From Dehalococcoidia bacterium (GTDB lineage: Bacteria > Chloroflexota > Dehalococcoidia > GIF9 > UBA5629), in NCBI GenBank assembly GCA_041300305.1, contig JBFYUA010000118.1:1-31250 (forward strand): 31,250 nucleotides of DNA, given 5' to 3'. Positions 1 to 8,765 of this stretch are shown piece after piece. A program made the translations under genes and the position numbers. The stretch's first letter is position 1, and the number at the start of each line of letters is the position of its first letter. The notes below the pieces were generated by a model, which ran no database searches, was not told where the DNA came from, and worked only from the letters and a program-made list of their open reading frames with translations.

Positions 1-2
1 CC

Positions 3-287
3 TCGATAGTCCGCCGGGGGAGCGTTTCAATAGCTGTCTCAACGGCCGGTAAAAGCCCCGCCCTGGCACGTAAGATCCGCATTATGCTGGAAGGCAAACT
101 GGAGAATGAGTACGCAGAACTGGCCCTGCTTATTGAGGGGGTGCGACGGGAAGCTAAGAGACTTAAGCTGAAAATCAGCAGTAAACGCTGGCAGGAGGCT
201 ATTGATTTAGATTATATGCTGCGCCTGATCAAACAGGGAAACGGTGAGAAGGCCCGTGACGCACTATTGGAAAGGTTGAGTAAATAG
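3..287 (+). CDS. cysG: Precorrin-2 dehydrogenase/sirohydrochlorin ferrochelatase (CysG N-terminal/SirC/Met8 type), 5'-partial
   Basis: Frame is open from the window edge and reads SIVRRGSVSIAVSTAGKSPALARKIR, the family 'ISTxGxSPxLARxIR' motif. The track's ATG at 84 is internal. The TAG abuts the hemA ATG. Confidence 0.85.
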   Translation, partial: SIVRRGSVSIAVSTAGKSPALARKIRIMLEGKLENEYAELALLIEGVRREAKRLKLKISSKRWQEAIDLDYMLRLIKQGNGEKARDALLERLSK

Positions 288-1547
288 ATGTATTTTACCC
301 TGACCGGGATAAACCACCATACAGCGCCGATCGAAATGCGTGAAAAGGCGGCTGTCAACGCCGACGCGCTGCAAGGGGCCCTGCTGAAACTGCGCCAGTA
401 TGCGCAGCACGCCATTATTCTTTCCACATGCAACCGCAGCGAAGTTTACGCCTCCGGCATTCACGGTGAGGATACTGCCTCCTCGTGCGCCCTTTACATG
501 CGGGATACTTTGAACATGCCGGATGGCAGCTCCGCCCCTTATATTTACGCAACCAGCGGCATAGAGCTTTTCAGGCATCTCTGCAGTGTAGCCTGCGGGC
601 TTGATTCAATGGTTATCGGAGAATATGAAGTGCTCGGCCAGGTCAGACAGGCGCTGGCAGCCGCAGAGAAAGCAGGCATGGTCGACTTGCCACTGCGCCA
701 CCTCTTTCAGAGCGCCATCCGCACCGGCCGGCGCGCCCGCGAAGAAACGGGCATCAGCAAGAATGCCCTGTCCCTCAGTTCCATCGCCGTGAACAAGGCC
801 CTTGATATCATACCTGATATCAAGCAGGCAAAAATTATAGTTATAGGGGCGGGCGAAGCCGGCAGGCTGGCCCTCAGGATTGCCCGCAGCCGGGATATCT
901 CCAGTATAGTAGTTGTGAGCCGCACGGAGCAGCGCGCTATCGTTTTAGCCGGGCAATACGGGGCCCGGCCGGTCAGCCCTGCTTTGCTTATAGATGAGCT
1001 GCGCGATGCTGATATCGTCATCACCTGCGCGGCTTCCCCTCATCCGGTTTTGCGCTGCAAGCAGGTCGGCGAAGCCATAAGCCGGCGCCCCGGCCTGCCG
1101 CTGGTGATACTTGATATCGCTATGCCCAGGAACGTCGAACCCTCCGTCCGGGACATACCCGGCGTACATCTTTTTAATATCGACGACCTTAATGATATCG
1201 CCGGCGAACACCGTTTGGAACGTGAAACTGAAGTCAAGGCGGTCGAGAGGATTATAGGGGAGGAGGTTGCACTGCTGACGAAATGGTGGCAGTCTTATAA
1301 TGCCAGGCCTGTCATCAAGTCACTGATGAAAAAGGCCGAGCGGATACGGTCTGAACAATACGGCAGGTCGCTAAAAAAGCTGCCTGCGCTCACCGTTGAA
1401 GAAAGGCAGGCTATAGATTTACTGACCAGGTCCATAGTGGACAAGATACTCAGGGCGCCGATAATGTTCCTCAAGTCAGGCGATGGCACAGACGGCTCAG
1501 AGGCTATCAGCCGCCTGTTCGGCCTTAACGATGAAAGCGAATCATGA
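288..1547 (+). CDS. hemA: Glutamyl-tRNA reductase
   Basis: GINHHTAP N-terminus, catalytic STCNR, GEYEVLGQV, NADPH-binding GAGEAG, DIAMPRNV. Confidence 0.97.
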   Translation: MYFTLTGINHHTAPIEMREKAAVNADALQGALLKLRQYAQHAIILSTCNRSEVYASGIHGEDTASSCALYMRDTLNMPDGSSAPYIYATSGIELFRHLCSVACGLDSMVIGEYEVLGQVRQALAAAEKAGMVDLPLRHLFQSAIRTGRRAREETGISKNALSLSSIAVNKALDIIPDIKQAKIIVIGAGEAGRLALRIARSRDISSIVVVSRTEQRAIVLAGQYGARPVSPALLIDELRDADIVITCAASPHPVLRCKQVGEAISRRPGLPLVILDIAMPRNVEPSVRDIPGVHLFNIDDLNDIAGEHRLERETEVKAVERIIGEEVALLTKWWQSYNARPVIKSLMKKAERIRSEQYGRSLKKLPALTVEERQAIDLLTRSIVDKILRAPIMFLKSGDGTDGSEAISRLFGLNDESES

Positions 1548-2464
1548 AAGATAGAATCATAATCGGGACAAGGGGCAGCAGGCTGGCTATGATACAGGCC
1601 AATATAGTTGCCTCTGAATTGCAGCGCGCCCACCCCGCTACGCAAATAGAGGTATGCAAAATAGTAACGGAGGGCGACCGCAACCGCAATATGAGCATAG
1701 ACGAAGCCGGCGACACCGGCATTTTCGTCAAGGCGCTGGAAGAAGCCCTGGCAGACGGGCGCATTGACATAGCCGTGCACAGCCTCAAGGACCTGCCGAC
1801 AGAATTACCCGGCGACATGGTTTTGGCCGCTGTGACGGAAAGGCTGGACCCGCGCGACGCACTGATCGCCTCTGCCCGGCTTGGCGAACTCCCGCCGGGC
1901 GCCCTGATAGGCACCGGCAGCCTGCGCCGCACCGCCCAGATTAAAAACGCGCGCAGCGATCTGCAGACCATCAGCATACGTGGCAACGTGGACAGCCGCC
2001 TGCGCAAAGTTAACTCGGGCGAACTGCAGGGGGTCATCGTTGCCGCCGCTGCCATGCTAAGGCTCGGCTGGGATGATAGAATAACGGAGTACCTTCCGCT
2101 TGAGTCCTTCCTGCCGGCAGTGGGGCAGGGCGCCCTGGCTGTTGAAGCCAGGAAGGGTGACCGGGTAATGGAAGGATATTCAACCGTTTTGAATCATGCG
2201 CCGACCCGGCAGGCAGTGAATGCGGAACGCGCTTTCCTGCATGCCGTAGAAGGAGGCTGCCGCGCCCCGGTGGCGGCCCTGGCCACGGTGGATGGCCGGA
2301 TACTGAAGATAACCGCCATGGTGGCGGACAGGGCAGGGATAAAGATAATAAAAAGGTCACTGGAAGGGGATGCCCGGCAAGCTGAGAGCCGGGGAGTAGA
2401 ATTGGCGCAAATGATGCTGGACTCAGGCGCAGCCGACCTGATTGGTGAGTTAAGATGCCGCTGA
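1544..2464 (+). CDS. hemC: Hydroxymethylbilane synthase (porphobilinogen deaminase)
   Basis: GTRGSRLA, DIAVHSLKD, GTGSLRR, RGNVDSRL, cofactor Cys in GGCRAP. ATGA overlap with hemA. Confidence 0.97.
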   Translation: MKDRIIIGTRGSRLAMIQANIVASELQRAHPATQIEVCKIVTEGDRNRNMSIDEAGDTGIFVKALEEALADGRIDIAVHSLKDLPTELPGDMVLAAVTERLDPRDALIASARLGELPPGALIGTGSLRRTAQIKNARSDLQTISIRGNVDSRLRKVNSGELQGVIVAAAAMLRLGWDDRITEYLPLESFLPAVGQGALAVEARKGDRVMEGYSTVLNHAPTRQAVNAERAFLHAVEGGCRAPVAALATVDGRILKITAMVADRAGIKIIKRSLEGDARQAESRGVELAQMMLDSGAADLIGELRCR

Positions 2465-3981
2465 CAACTGGAAAGGTCTACCTGATCGGGGCGGGCCCGG
2501 GTGACCCCGGGCTGATCACACTGAAAGCTGTCAGCTGCCTGGCAAAGGCCGATGTGGTGCTTTACGACCACCTGGTCAGCAGCCTCATACTTGATTATGC
2601 GCCGGCCCGGGCGGAAAAGATCTACGCCGGCAAGACGGGAGGCGTTCATTTTATTGAACAGGATGAGATAAACGGCCTCCTGGTCGCAAAGGCCAGGCAG
2701 GGCAAAACCGTCGCCCGTCTCAAGGGCGGGGACCCCTTCGTGCTCGGCCGCGGCGGCGAAGAAGCTGAAGCACTGCGCAAAAACAATATCCTTTTTGAGA
2801 TCGTGCCGGGCGTGACGTCTGCCGTGAGCGTGCCGGCCTATGCCGGCATACCGGTTACCCACCGCGGCCTGGCGTCTTCGCTGGCTATCATAACCGGTCA
2901 TGAAGACCCGGCCAAGAAAAATTCCAGCATCAACTGGGGGAAGCTGGCCACAGCTACCGATACGCTGGTCATTCTGATGGGAATGCAGAAGCTCCCGCAG
3001 ATAGCCGCCCGGCTGATCAAACACGGCAGAAAAGCCTCAACCCCGGTGGCGGTAATAAGGGACGGCACGCTTCCGTCGCAGCTTACGTTGACGGGTACAT
3101 TGAAAAATATCGCCGGTAAGGTCAGTAAAGCGGGACTCGAAGCGCCGGCAGTCATAGTTGTCGGAGACGTTGTCAGGCTGCGTGAAAGCCTGCGCTGGTT
3201 CGATTCCCTGCCTCTTTTCGGCAAGCGTATCCTGGTCACGCGCGCCGCTGGCCAGGCCGGCAGCTTTGAAAAGCTGCTCACCGAACACGGCGCCCTGCCG
3301 GTACGTTTTTCAAGCATCGCAATCAGGCCCCTCGGCGCTAATAAAAAACTGGATAATGCCCTCTCCCATTTAGATAAATACGATTGGATCGCCTTTACCA
3401 GCGTTAACGGCGTGGAAGTATTTTTCAATCGCCTGCGTGATTCAGGACTGGATTCCCGCTGCCTGTCCGGGCTGAAAATCGGCGCAATCGGGCCAATGAC
3501 CGCACAGGCGCTGCAAAAAATGGGCATTACAGCGGATTATATGCCCTCCGAATTCACCGGGCGTGGTTTCGTGGCAGGACTAAAAAAGCGGCAGGCCGGC
3601 GGTCAGAGGTTCCTGCTGCCGCGCGCCGACATAGCGGACGATGAAATAATACAGGGGCTGAAAAAGCTGGGCGCCGGGGTGGACGAAATAGCCGTCTACA
3701 GCACCATCCGTCCGGGCAGCAATAATACACGGCTGAGAGAACTGCTGTTCCGTGACAATATCGACATTGTGACCTTTACCAGTTCTTCTACTGTTACAAA
3801 CCTGCTTCACGGCCTCAGTCAAGCGGAGATAGCACAGATACGTCCTGTAATTGCCTGCATAGGCCCCAAGACCGCCCGCACCGCTGCTGAAGCGGGCCTC
3901 AAAGTAGCAATTATTGCCAGGGAGCAGACGATGCCGGGTTTGCTGGCAACGATGGAAGATTATTTCATGAAGGAGGCTTAA
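2455..3981 (+). CDS. cobA: Fused uroporphyrinogen-III C-methyltransferase / uroporphyrinogen-III synthase (CobA-HemD)
   Basis: N-terminal GAGPGDPGLIT, RLKGGDPFVLGRGGEE, GIPVTHRG. C-terminal HemD motifs ILVTRA, WIAFTSVNGV, TFTSSSTV, ACIGPKTA. 508 aa. Confidence 0.95.
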   Translation: MPLTTGKVYLIGAGPGDPGLITLKAVSCLAKADVVLYDHLVSSLILDYAPARAEKIYAGKTGGVHFIEQDEINGLLVAKARQGKTVARLKGGDPFVLGRGGEEAEALRKNNILFEIVPGVTSAVSVPAYAGIPVTHRGLASSLAIITGHEDPAKKNSSINWGKLATATDTLVILMGMQKLPQIAARLIKHGRKASTPVAVIRDGTLPSQLTLTGTLKNIAGKVSKAGLEAPAVIVVGDVVRLRESLRWFDSLPLFGKRILVTRAAGQAGSFEKLLTEHGALPVRFSSIAIRPLGANKKLDNALSHLDKYDWIAFTSVNGVEVFFNRLRDSGLDSRCLSGLKIGAIGPMTAQALQKMGITADYMPSEFTGRGFVAGLKKRQAGGQRFLLPRADIADDEIIQGLKKLGAGVDEIAVYSTIRPGSNNTRLRELLFRDNIDIVTFTSSSTVTNLLHGLSQAEIAQIRPVIACIGPKTARTAAEAGLKVAIIAREQTMPGLLATMEDYFMKEA

Positions 3982-4965
3982 ATGCCGGATTTTCCAGAGT
4001 TACGCTTGCGCCGCCTGAGAAACAACGAAGCGATCAGGTCGCTGGTCAGGGAAACCGCAGTAGACAGCGGCGATTTCGTTTACCCGCTTTTCATCGTGGA
4101 AGGCAAAGGCGTCAAAAAAGACATTGAAACCATGCCGGGCATTTGTCATTTCTCTGCCGATAAGCTGGGAGGGGAGATAGATGACCTTGTCCGCCTCAAA
4201 ATACCCGCGGTCCTGCTCTTCGGCGTTGTCAGCAGCAAGGACGAACTCGGGTCGGGCGGGTATCGTCCCGGCGGAGTAGTACAGCAGGCCATCCGCGCCA
4301 TCAAGAAAGCTGCGCCCGGCATGCTGGTTATTACCGATATATGCCTGTGCGAATATACCAGCCACGGCCACTGCGGCGTCATCGAAAACGGTGACGTGGA
4401 TAACGATAAAACCCTGCCGCTGCTGGCACAAATGGCGCTCTCGCACGCTGAAGCGGGTGCAGACATACTGGCGCCGTCCGACATGATGGACGGCCGTGTT
4501 AAAGCCATACGGCAGGCGCTGGACGGCAACGGGTTCAACTCCATTCCCATCCTGTCCTATGCGGCAAAATATGCCTCGGCCTTTTACGGCCCTTTCAGGG
4601 AGGCCGCCGGGTCGGCGCCGCAGTTCGGCAACCGCAAATCCTACCAGATGGACCCGCCCAATGTGCGCGAGGCCCTCAGGGAGATAGACCAGGATATCAA
4701 GGAGGGCGCCGATATCGTAATGGTCAAGCCGGCGCTGGCTTACCTCGACGTCATCCGGCGGGTGCGCGAGACCTTCAACCACCCGCTGGCGGCCTATAAT
4801 GTCAGTGGAGAGTTCGCCATGGTCAAAGCAGCCGCTGCACGCGGCTGGGTAGACGAAAAACGCATTGTGCCCGAGATATTAACCTCGATCAAAAGGGCGG
4901 GGGCTGATATTATCATCACCTATCACGCCAAAGAAGCCGCGGCCTGGCTTGCGGAACAGGTGTAA
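3982..4965 (+). CDS. hemB: Porphobilinogen synthase (Zn-type)
   Basis: RLRRLR, Zn site DICLCEYTSHGHCG, YAAKYASAFYGPFR, MVKPALAYLD. SD AAGGAGG. Confidence 0.97.
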   Translation: MPDFPELRLRRLRNNEAIRSLVRETAVDSGDFVYPLFIVEGKGVKKDIETMPGICHFSADKLGGEIDDLVRLKIPAVLLFGVVSSKDELGSGGYRPGGVVQQAIRAIKKAAPGMLVITDICLCEYTSHGHCGVIENGDVDNDKTLPLLAQMALSHAEAGADILAPSDMMDGRVKAIRQALDGNGFNSIPILSYAAKYASAFYGPFREAAGSAPQFGNRKSYQMDPPNVREALREIDQDIKEGADIVMVKPALAYLDVIRRVRETFNHPLAAYNVSGEFAMVKAAAARGWVDEKRIVPEILTSIKRAGADIIITYHAKEAAAWLAEQV

Positions 4966-4971
4966 AGCCCC

Positions 4972-6258
4972 ATGAAGAAAACTCAGATATCCCGGCGCCT
5001 GTTTAAAGAAGCCCAACTGCTGCTGCCTGGCGGCGTGGACAGCCCGGTACGGGCCTTCAGGGCGGTCGGCGGCACACCACGCTTCATAACCAGGGGCAAG
5101 GGATCGAAGATTTATGACGCCGACGGAAACCGCTATATCGATTATCTTGGCTCCTGGGGGCCACTCATACTCGGACACGCCGACAAACGTGTGACTTCCG
5201 CCTTAAAACGGGTGATTGTAAATGGGACCAGCTTCGGGGCGGCCACCGAGTTGGAGACCCGCCTAGCGGACATGATTAACCTGGCCATGCCGTCCATTGA
5301 GATGCTGCGCTTCGTCAACTCCGGCACAGAGGCCGCCATGAGCGCTATACGCCTGGCCCGCGCTTTCACGGGCAGGGAGCGCATTATCAAATTTGACGGT
5401 TGCTATCACGGGCATTCGGACAGCCTGCTGGTCAGCGGAGGTTCAGGCATGGCCACGCTGGGCATTCCCGATTCGCCGGGGGTCCTGAGGCAGGCGGCAC
5501 GCTGTACACTGGTAGCAGCTTATAACGACACACTGTCGGTACAGCGCCTCTTCGATAAATACCCCGGTGAAATCGCCGCCATCATCGTCGAACCGGTAGC
5601 TGCCAACATGGGACTGGTGCACCCCGCCAGGGGTTTCCTCGGCGCCCTGCGCAAACTCAGCAAAAAGCACGGGGCGCTGCTTATCTTCGACGAGGTAATC
5701 ACGGGTTTCCGTGTCGCTTACGGGGGTGCACAGGGCCTTTTCGGCATCAGGCCCGACCTCACCTGCCTGGGCAAAATCATAGGAGGCGGACTGCCGGTAG
5801 GCGCTTACGGTGGGAGGAGTGACATCATGAAGATGGTCGCTCCCGAGGGCAGGGTATACCAGGCCGGCACCTTGTCCGGCAACCCGCTGGCCATGACGGC
5901 CGGCATCGAAACACTGCGCATACTTCAGGACCCGCAGGTCTATCTCCAGCTGGAAGAAAGGACTGCAGCCCTGCAGGACGGGATAGCCGCAGCGGCCTGC
6001 CGGGCCTGCGTACCGCTCAGCATACCGCGCGCAGGCTCGCTGCTGACGGTGTTTTTCACCGGGTGCGAAATAGTGGACTATGCTTCAGCGCAGCACTGCG
6101 ATACCGCCCTTTTCGCGCGTTTCTTCAACTCGTTACTTAATAACGGCATCTACTGGCCCCCCTCGCAATTCGAAGTTGCCTTTGTCTCACTTTCCCACAG
6201 CCGGCAGGACATAGAAACTACGATTCTGGCAGCCGGCAAAGCATTCAAGAACCTGTAA
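4972..6258 (+). CDS. hemL: Glutamate-1-semialdehyde 2,1-aminomutase
   Basis: PGGVDSPVRAF, VNSGTEA, GCYHGHSD, FDEVITGF, PLP lysine in GKIIGGGLP, AGTLSGNP. Confidence 0.97.
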   Translation: MKKTQISRRLFKEAQLLLPGGVDSPVRAFRAVGGTPRFITRGKGSKIYDADGNRYIDYLGSWGPLILGHADKRVTSALKRVIVNGTSFGAATELETRLADMINLAMPSIEMLRFVNSGTEAAMSAIRLARAFTGRERIIKFDGCYHGHSDSLLVSGGSGMATLGIPDSPGVLRQAARCTLVAAYNDTLSVQRLFDKYPGEIAAIIVEPVAANMGLVHPARGFLGALRKLSKKHGALLIFDEVITGFRVAYGGAQGLFGIRPDLTCLGKIIGGGLPVGAYGGRSDIMKMVAPEGRVYQAGTLSGNPLAMTAGIETLRILQDPQVYLQLEERTAALQDGIAAAACRACVPLSIPRAGSLLTVFFTGCEIVDYASAQHCDTALFARFFNSLLNNGIYWPPSQFEVAFVSLSHSRQDIETTILAAGKAFKNL

Positions 6259-6281
6259 AATGACGTTTTAAGGCCGGGCAC

Positions 6282-6659
6282 TTACTTGATAGCGATAGCC
6301 TCGACCTTGAGTTGGAAATTGCCCGGTACCTCTTTAACCGCCACGCAGGTCCTGGCCGGGGGGTCAACGGGGAAATACCTGGCATAAACCGCGTTCAGCC
6401 TCTGGAAATCCGCCATGTCCTTCATGAAGATTGTCACCTTGACCACCTTGGACAGGCTGCTTCCCACCGATTCCAGCAGCCTCTTCATATTCTCCAGAAT
6501 GATCTCCGTGGCCTTCTCGATGTCATCCATGATGATCAGCCCTTTCTCAATATCCATAGGGTCCATGCCGGTGATAAAGAGAAAGCCGCCCGCCTCCACC
6601 ATATGAGAATAAGCCCCGCCTTTAAAGAGGAAACCAACATCAATTGCTTTCTTTTCCAT
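6282..6659 (-). CDS. RidA/YjgF/UK114 (Rid) family protein, divergent
   Basis: AYSH (Tyr17), VVKVTIF, LNAVY, PPARTCV (Arg105 equivalent). SD GGAGG upstream on the minus strand. Confidence 0.9.
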   Translation of the reverse strand: MEKKAIDVGFLFKGGAYSHMVEAGGFLFITGMDPMDIEKGLIIMDDIEKATEIILENMKRLLESVGSSLSKVVKVTIFMKDMADFQRLNAVYARYFPVDPPARTCVAVKEVPGNFQLKVEAIAIK

Positions 6660-6703
6660 TTATTGCACCTCCGGGGTATTCAGTATACAAATATTACATG
6701 ATA

Positions 6704-6712
6704 TGTTACCAT
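6704..6712 (+). promoter_or_regulatory. Extended -10 (TGtTACCAT) 6 nt before the TetR ATG; probable leaderless promoter
   Basis: TGn plus TAnnnT match, no SD between the element and ATG 6719. Confidence 0.55.
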
Positions 6713-6718
6713 CATGCC

Positions 6719-7312
6719 ATGCCCGGGTATAACCAGACAGAAGAGAAAATCATCACTAACGCACTGCAACTCTTCCTGGCCCAGGGGATCAAGAAGACCA
6801 CGATAGAAGACATCTCGCTGAAATGCGGACTGACGCGGGCCACTGTTTACCGTTACTTCAAAGACAAGAAATACCTGGTCAGGGCCAGTTTCCTTAACAT
6901 GGTGGCTGTGCTCAGCGAAGCCATCGCCTACCTCGACAAGCACCGTGAACTGGGGACCGAGAAATCTGCCGAACGTATTAAAGAAGTGGTCAACACACTG
7001 CCCCACGGGGACATGCCTGCGCGCATCACTGAACTGAAACAGCTTTACCCCGACATCTTCGCCGAATACCAGATAGCCCGCTTCGCCTCCATCCGCGATA
7101 TCTACCGGCGGGTATTCAACAAGGCAAAAAAAGACGGCCTGATACTGCCATCGGAGGCCGACTGGAACCTGGTACAGGCTATCCTGACAGAGGCCACGCT
7201 CTACGTGGCGGAAAGCCCGCTGGTGATATCGCACGGGGCCTCAATCGGGAAGATATACTCCACCGTGCTCGATATCATGCTCTACGGCATTGTAGGCAGG
7301 CGCAAGAAATAA
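6719..7312 (+). CDS. TetR/AcrR family transcriptional regulator
   Basis: HTH GIKKTTIEDISLKCGLTRATVYRYFKDK. Start moved from the track's TTG 6644, which overlaps the Rid gene, to ATG 6719. Confidence 0.9.
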   Translation: MPGYNQTEEKIITNALQLFLAQGIKKTTIEDISLKCGLTRATVYRYFKDKKYLVRASFLNMVAVLSEAIAYLDKHRELGTEKSAERIKEVVNTLPHGDMPARITELKQLYPDIFAEYQIARFASIRDIYRRVFNKAKKDGLILPSEADWNLVQAILTEATLYVAESPLVISHGASIGKIYSTVLDIMLYGIVGRRKK

Positions 7313-7334
7313 GCGGCTACGTTCGGCTGCCCGG

Positions 7335-8540
7335 CTAATTCCCGCCGCTTCTTCGTCCGTACACCCTGGGCCTTCTTTCCATTCGGCGCGGTCCCGAAGC
7401 AGCCGTTTCAGGAGCAGGCGCGTCATAGTTAAAACCTTTCAGCATGCAGCGCTCTATGCGTGTTTTAAGAACGGTCTCGATGTCCTTGACCACGGCAGCG
7501 TCTGCAGATGTAACGAAAGTCAACGCGTCACCCTTCTGGTCCACACGTCCCGTGCGGCCTATGCGGTGGGTATAGGCATCGGTGTTCTCCGGCATATCGA
7601 AATTAATCACATGTGAGATGCTAAGCACATCTATACCGCGGGCGGCTATGTCCGTGGCAACCAGTATTTTGACCGACCCGTCGCGGAAGTCGTCCAGGGT
7701 GGCCTGGCGCCTGTTCTGGGCCAGGTCGCCGTGCAGGGCCGCGGCCCTGAAACCACTTCTTTTCAGCTGCAACGCCACCCGGTCCGCCCTGTGCTTGGTA
7801 CGTGTAAATACCAACACTGAGTCCGTATCGTAGCTGCGTAATACCGCGGTCAGCAGGCTGGTTTTGAGGTGCTGCTTGACCGGGAAAAGGGCGTGCGACA
7901 CGGTGTCGGCCGGCGCAGAATGCCCTATCTGGATGGTAACAGGATTGCGCAGGGTTTCATTCACCAGCCTGCGGATATCAGCCGGCATGGTGGCCGAAAA
8001 AAGCAGTGTCTGGCGAGGCTTGATCAGGCATCTCAATATATTTTTGATATCGGGCAGAAAGCCCATATCGAACATGCGATCTGCTTCATCTATGACCAGT
8101 ATCTCAAGGTCGGACAAATCTATCGTGCTTTTCCACAGGTGGTCGAGCAGGCGTCCCGGGCAGGCCACCACCACCTCTACCCCGCTGCGCAGCCTGCGGA
8201 TCTGTTGGTCCATGCTGACCCCGCCGTAGACAGATATGCTTTTCAAGCCTGTTGCCTGGCCCAGGGAGTCGATGGCCTCGCAGGTTTGCTCGGCCAGTTC
8301 ACGCGTAGGCGATATGATGGCAGCCCCGATGCGTCCGCGCGGCAATTTCAATAAGTGATGCAGGACAGGCAAAACGAACGCTGCAGTTTTTCCCGTGCCG
8401 GTTTGCGCAAGGCCGATGATATCACGCCCCTGCATAATAGGCGGGATAGTCTCCTGTTGTATCGGTGTCGGTACGGCATAGCCGAGAGCCTTAACTCCCG
8501 TCATGATGCTCGGATGGAGATTAAATTTTTCAAAACTCAA
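7335..8540 (-). CDS. DEAD-box ATP-dependent RNA helicase (RhlE-like)
   Basis: Q motif PTPIQ, AQTGTGKT, PTRELA, CPGRLLD, DEAD, SAT, TDIAARGID, HRIGRTGR. TTG start with GAGGT SD. Confidence 0.95.
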   Translation of the reverse strand: MSFEKFNLHPSIMTGVKALGYAVPTPIQQETIPPIMQGRDIIGLAQTGTGKTAAFVLPVLHHLLKLPRGRIGAAIISPTRELAEQTCEAIDSLGQATGLKSISVYGGVSMDQQIRRLRSGVEVVVACPGRLLDHLWKSTIDLSDLEILVIDEADRMFDMGFLPDIKNILRCLIKPRQTLLFSATMPADIRRLVNETLRNPVTIQIGHSAPADTVSHALFPVKQHLKTSLLTAVLRSYDTDSVLVFTRTKHRADRVALQLKRSGFRAAALHGDLAQNRRQATLDDFRDGSVKILVATDIAARGIDVLSISHVINFDMPENTDAYTHRIGRTGRVDQKGDALTFVTSADAAVVKDIETVLKTRIERCMLKGFNYDAPAPETAASGPRRMERRPRVYGRRSGGN

Positions 8541-8655
8541 TGGATGACCTCATAAATAAGTATATTTAGCCGGGGTTCGGGCCATCCAAGGCTTGAGATA
8601 AATCTAGAGTGATTATAAGAAGCTTTCAATAACCTAAACTTGAACTATTAAGTAG

Positions 8656-8685
8656 ATTATACACAATTATTGACAAACATGGCAA
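8656..8685 (-). promoter_or_regulatory. Sigma70-type promoter for the helicase (TTGCCA-N18-TATAAT)
   Basis: Minus-strand TTGCCA at 8680-8685 and TATAAT at 8656-8661. Confidence 0.55.
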
Positions 8686-8698
8686 TTAAGGCTAAATT
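8670..8698 (+). promoter_or_regulatory. Sigma70-type promoter for the diguanylate cyclase (TTGACA-N17-TAAATT)
   Basis: Perfect -35 at 8670-8675, 17-bp spacer, TAAATT at 8693-8698. Confidence 0.65.
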
Positions 8699-8765
8699 GA
8701 AATTATTCCAGCGTGGTTGGAGTTATATTGTCTCAGCCAGGCTGATGAGCGCACCGGAGGTCATT

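Noticed and set aside
6644-6718. Track start for TetR (TTG 6644), and similarly extended starts at 8670 and 17612
   Set aside because: 6644 overlaps the divergent Rid gene and 8670 lies in the -35 hexamer; 17612 has no SD. Downstream ATGs have SD or -10 support.
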